From contig CAZQXA010000001.1 of assembly GCA_964597155.1 (NCBI GenBank), positions 1 to 33,128 of the forward strand: 33,128 nucleotides of DNA, written 5' to 3'. This document shows positions 32,160 to 33,128 of the stretch, one piece after another. The notes under the pieces were generated by a model. The model saw only the letters and a list, made by a program, of their open reading frames with translations. It searched no databases and was not told the origin of the DNA. The stretch comes from an uncultured Dehalococcoidales bacterium (GTDB lineage Bacteria > Chloroflexota > Dehalococcoidia > Dehalococcoidales > BS750m-G39). A program made the position numbers and the translations under genes. Position 1 is the first letter of the stretch. Every line of letters starts with the position of its first letter.

Positions 32160-32702
32160 ATGGCGGAAACAAAATATGGAAAGTACTTTATATCGGGGCC
32201 CATTGCGGGGAGAGAAGCTACCAAGGTTATCGCCGACTTAAGCGGCGACCTAATTCAGGGGAGTAATCGCTATATGATTAACTGGGTATTCCCTTCCCCG
32301 GCGGAACTTTTCGGGGTGGACTCGTGGGACCAAATCTCCCACGGCCCACACATACACAAAAGTGCCGAAATCCTAATGCACATCGGAACCAATCCCGATG
32401 ACCCATATGACCTGGGCGGGGAAGTTGAGCTTTGTATGGGCCCGGAGATGGAGAAGCATATCATCACCAAGTCCACCATTACCTATATACCGCCGAATTT
32501 CGTACACTGCCCCTGGACGATTAAGAGGGTGGACAGGCCCTTTATAATGGTACAGGTCAACCAAGAACCCAGGCACACCGAAAAATCCCTAAAAGAGCTG
32601 GTGCCAGCCAAAGATATGGATAGGATGATGTTCATCGACGAAGGCTACGAGGGTAAGGAGGCAGTCTGGCAGTTCCCCAAAGGCTCAAAGCGAGGCAAGT
32701 AG
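32160..32702 (+). CDS. Cupin-fold metalloprotein, paralog 2
   Basis: The start is set at the ATG at 32160 after RBS AAGGAGGAG; the track TTG start at 32106 is the promoter -35 box. Cupin motifs are HIHKSAEILMHIG (HxHx3E) and PPNFVH. Confidence 0.65.
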   Translation: MAETKYGKYFISGPIAGREATKVIADLSGDLIQGSNRYMINWVFPSPAELFGVDSWDQISHGPHIHKSAEILMHIGTNPDDPYDLGGEVELCMGPEMEKHIITKSTITYIPPNFVHCPWTIKRVDRPFIMVQVNQEPRHTEKSLKELVPAKDMDRMMFIDEGYEGKEAVWQFPKGSKRGK

Positions 32703-32938
32703 CAACAATAGCTGCTTTAAGAATAACCATTCCTTGGTAAGGCTACAGCACCGCGCACGAATTACTTCGGAATAAAACTTGCTGCAACCCCTATCATTTT
32801 ATTAACGCTTTTTTGCAGCCTATTTATGCTGTCGGGCACTTCATTTTCCTTAGTTTTTCCCTCGAACTCCAACCCAAGAAGTTTTATATGTCTAGCAAGC
32901 TAGGGGGTATTCAGCGGAGAGTTTTATAAAGGATATTT

Positions 32939-33127
32939 TTATAACTGACTACCTGTCGAACGGGATTTCATGGGAGCGAGGCAGTACATGGCCCATCCCA
33001 TATATTGGTGTTGGAACTTTAAATAATCATCCTGGTCAGTACGAAAATGCTTGAATACCTGTTCATGGTCAGGGTGGGTGGGATTTTCTTCAAGCCAACG
33101 TATCAGTCCATACCAACCATCCGAAAT
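32939..33127 (-). CDS. 3' end of an ORF entering from the right edge (...DGWYGLIRWLEENPTHPDHEQVFKHFRTDQDDYLKFQHQYMGWAMYCLAPMKSRSTGSQL*), function unknown
   Basis: A 62-codon frame on the minus strand is open from the window edge to TAA at 32941-32939. It is not in the ORF track because it has no in-window start. Confidence 0.3.
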   Translation of the reverse strand: MSDGWYGLIRWLEENPTHPDHEQVFKHFRTDQDDYLKFQHQYMGWAMYCLAPMKSRSTGSQL

Positions 33128-33128
33128 G

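Noticed and set aside
1-33128. CRISPR arrays, tRNA/rRNA genes, IS elements, integrases and prophage or toxin-antitoxin modules
   Set aside because: I saw no direct-repeat/spacer arrays, no cloverleaf-like sequences in the intergenic regions, and no transposase or integrase-like ORFs or terminal inverted repeats. The RHH protein has no adjacent toxin-like partner.

Overview
This 33.1-kb window looks like bacterial chromosome. I saw no rRNA, tRNA, CRISPR array, transposase or integrase. Sigma70-type TTGACA-17-TATAAT promoters, GGAGG ribosome-binding sites, a lipobox-like binding protein with a Thr/Pro-rich linker, and the lack of a secretin gene in this window suggest an anaerobic monoderm such as Chloroflexota or Firmicutes. 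That taxonomic guess is inference only.

There are three blocks.

(1) 1-8.8 kb is a type IV pilus block. It holds two tandem paralogous GspK/PilX-like proteins with beta-helix repeats, a PilO-like gene, a PilM-PilN fusion and pilT. On the opposite strand sit a short 4-Cys pilin with its own strong promoter and an uncharacterised 457-aa protein, which has several Zn-ribbons and two tandem degenerate Mrr/PD-(D/E)xK-like modules. The prepilin peptidase pilD diverges from that protein.

(2) 8.8-16 kb carries two small DNA-binding proteins (an archaeal-style wHTH and an RHH with a coiled-coil tail). It also carries a translationally coupled operon of ICMT-like methyltransferase, GH3-like adenylating enzyme and FabF, and a 7TM-GAF-GGDEF-HD-GYP c-di-GMP protein.

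(3) 16-32.7 kb is a putative catabolic island:
- a corrinoid protein, two inverted paralogous URO-D-family methyltransferases, and a MetH-activation-domain-like protein;
- a Liv-type ABC importer;
- a GlcDEF-like operon of two divergent FAD subunits and a CCG Fe-S subunit;
- a cupin / DUF169 / DUF169 / cupin module with well-defined divergent promoters.

The best candidates for undescribed biology are the 457-aa Zn-ribbon/Mrr-like protein inside the pilus locus, the cupin-DUF169 module with its flavoprotein/Fe-S neighbours, and the corrinoid system, which pairs with a MetH-type activation domain instead of a RACE activator. All functional calls come from motif recognition by eye. No database search was run.
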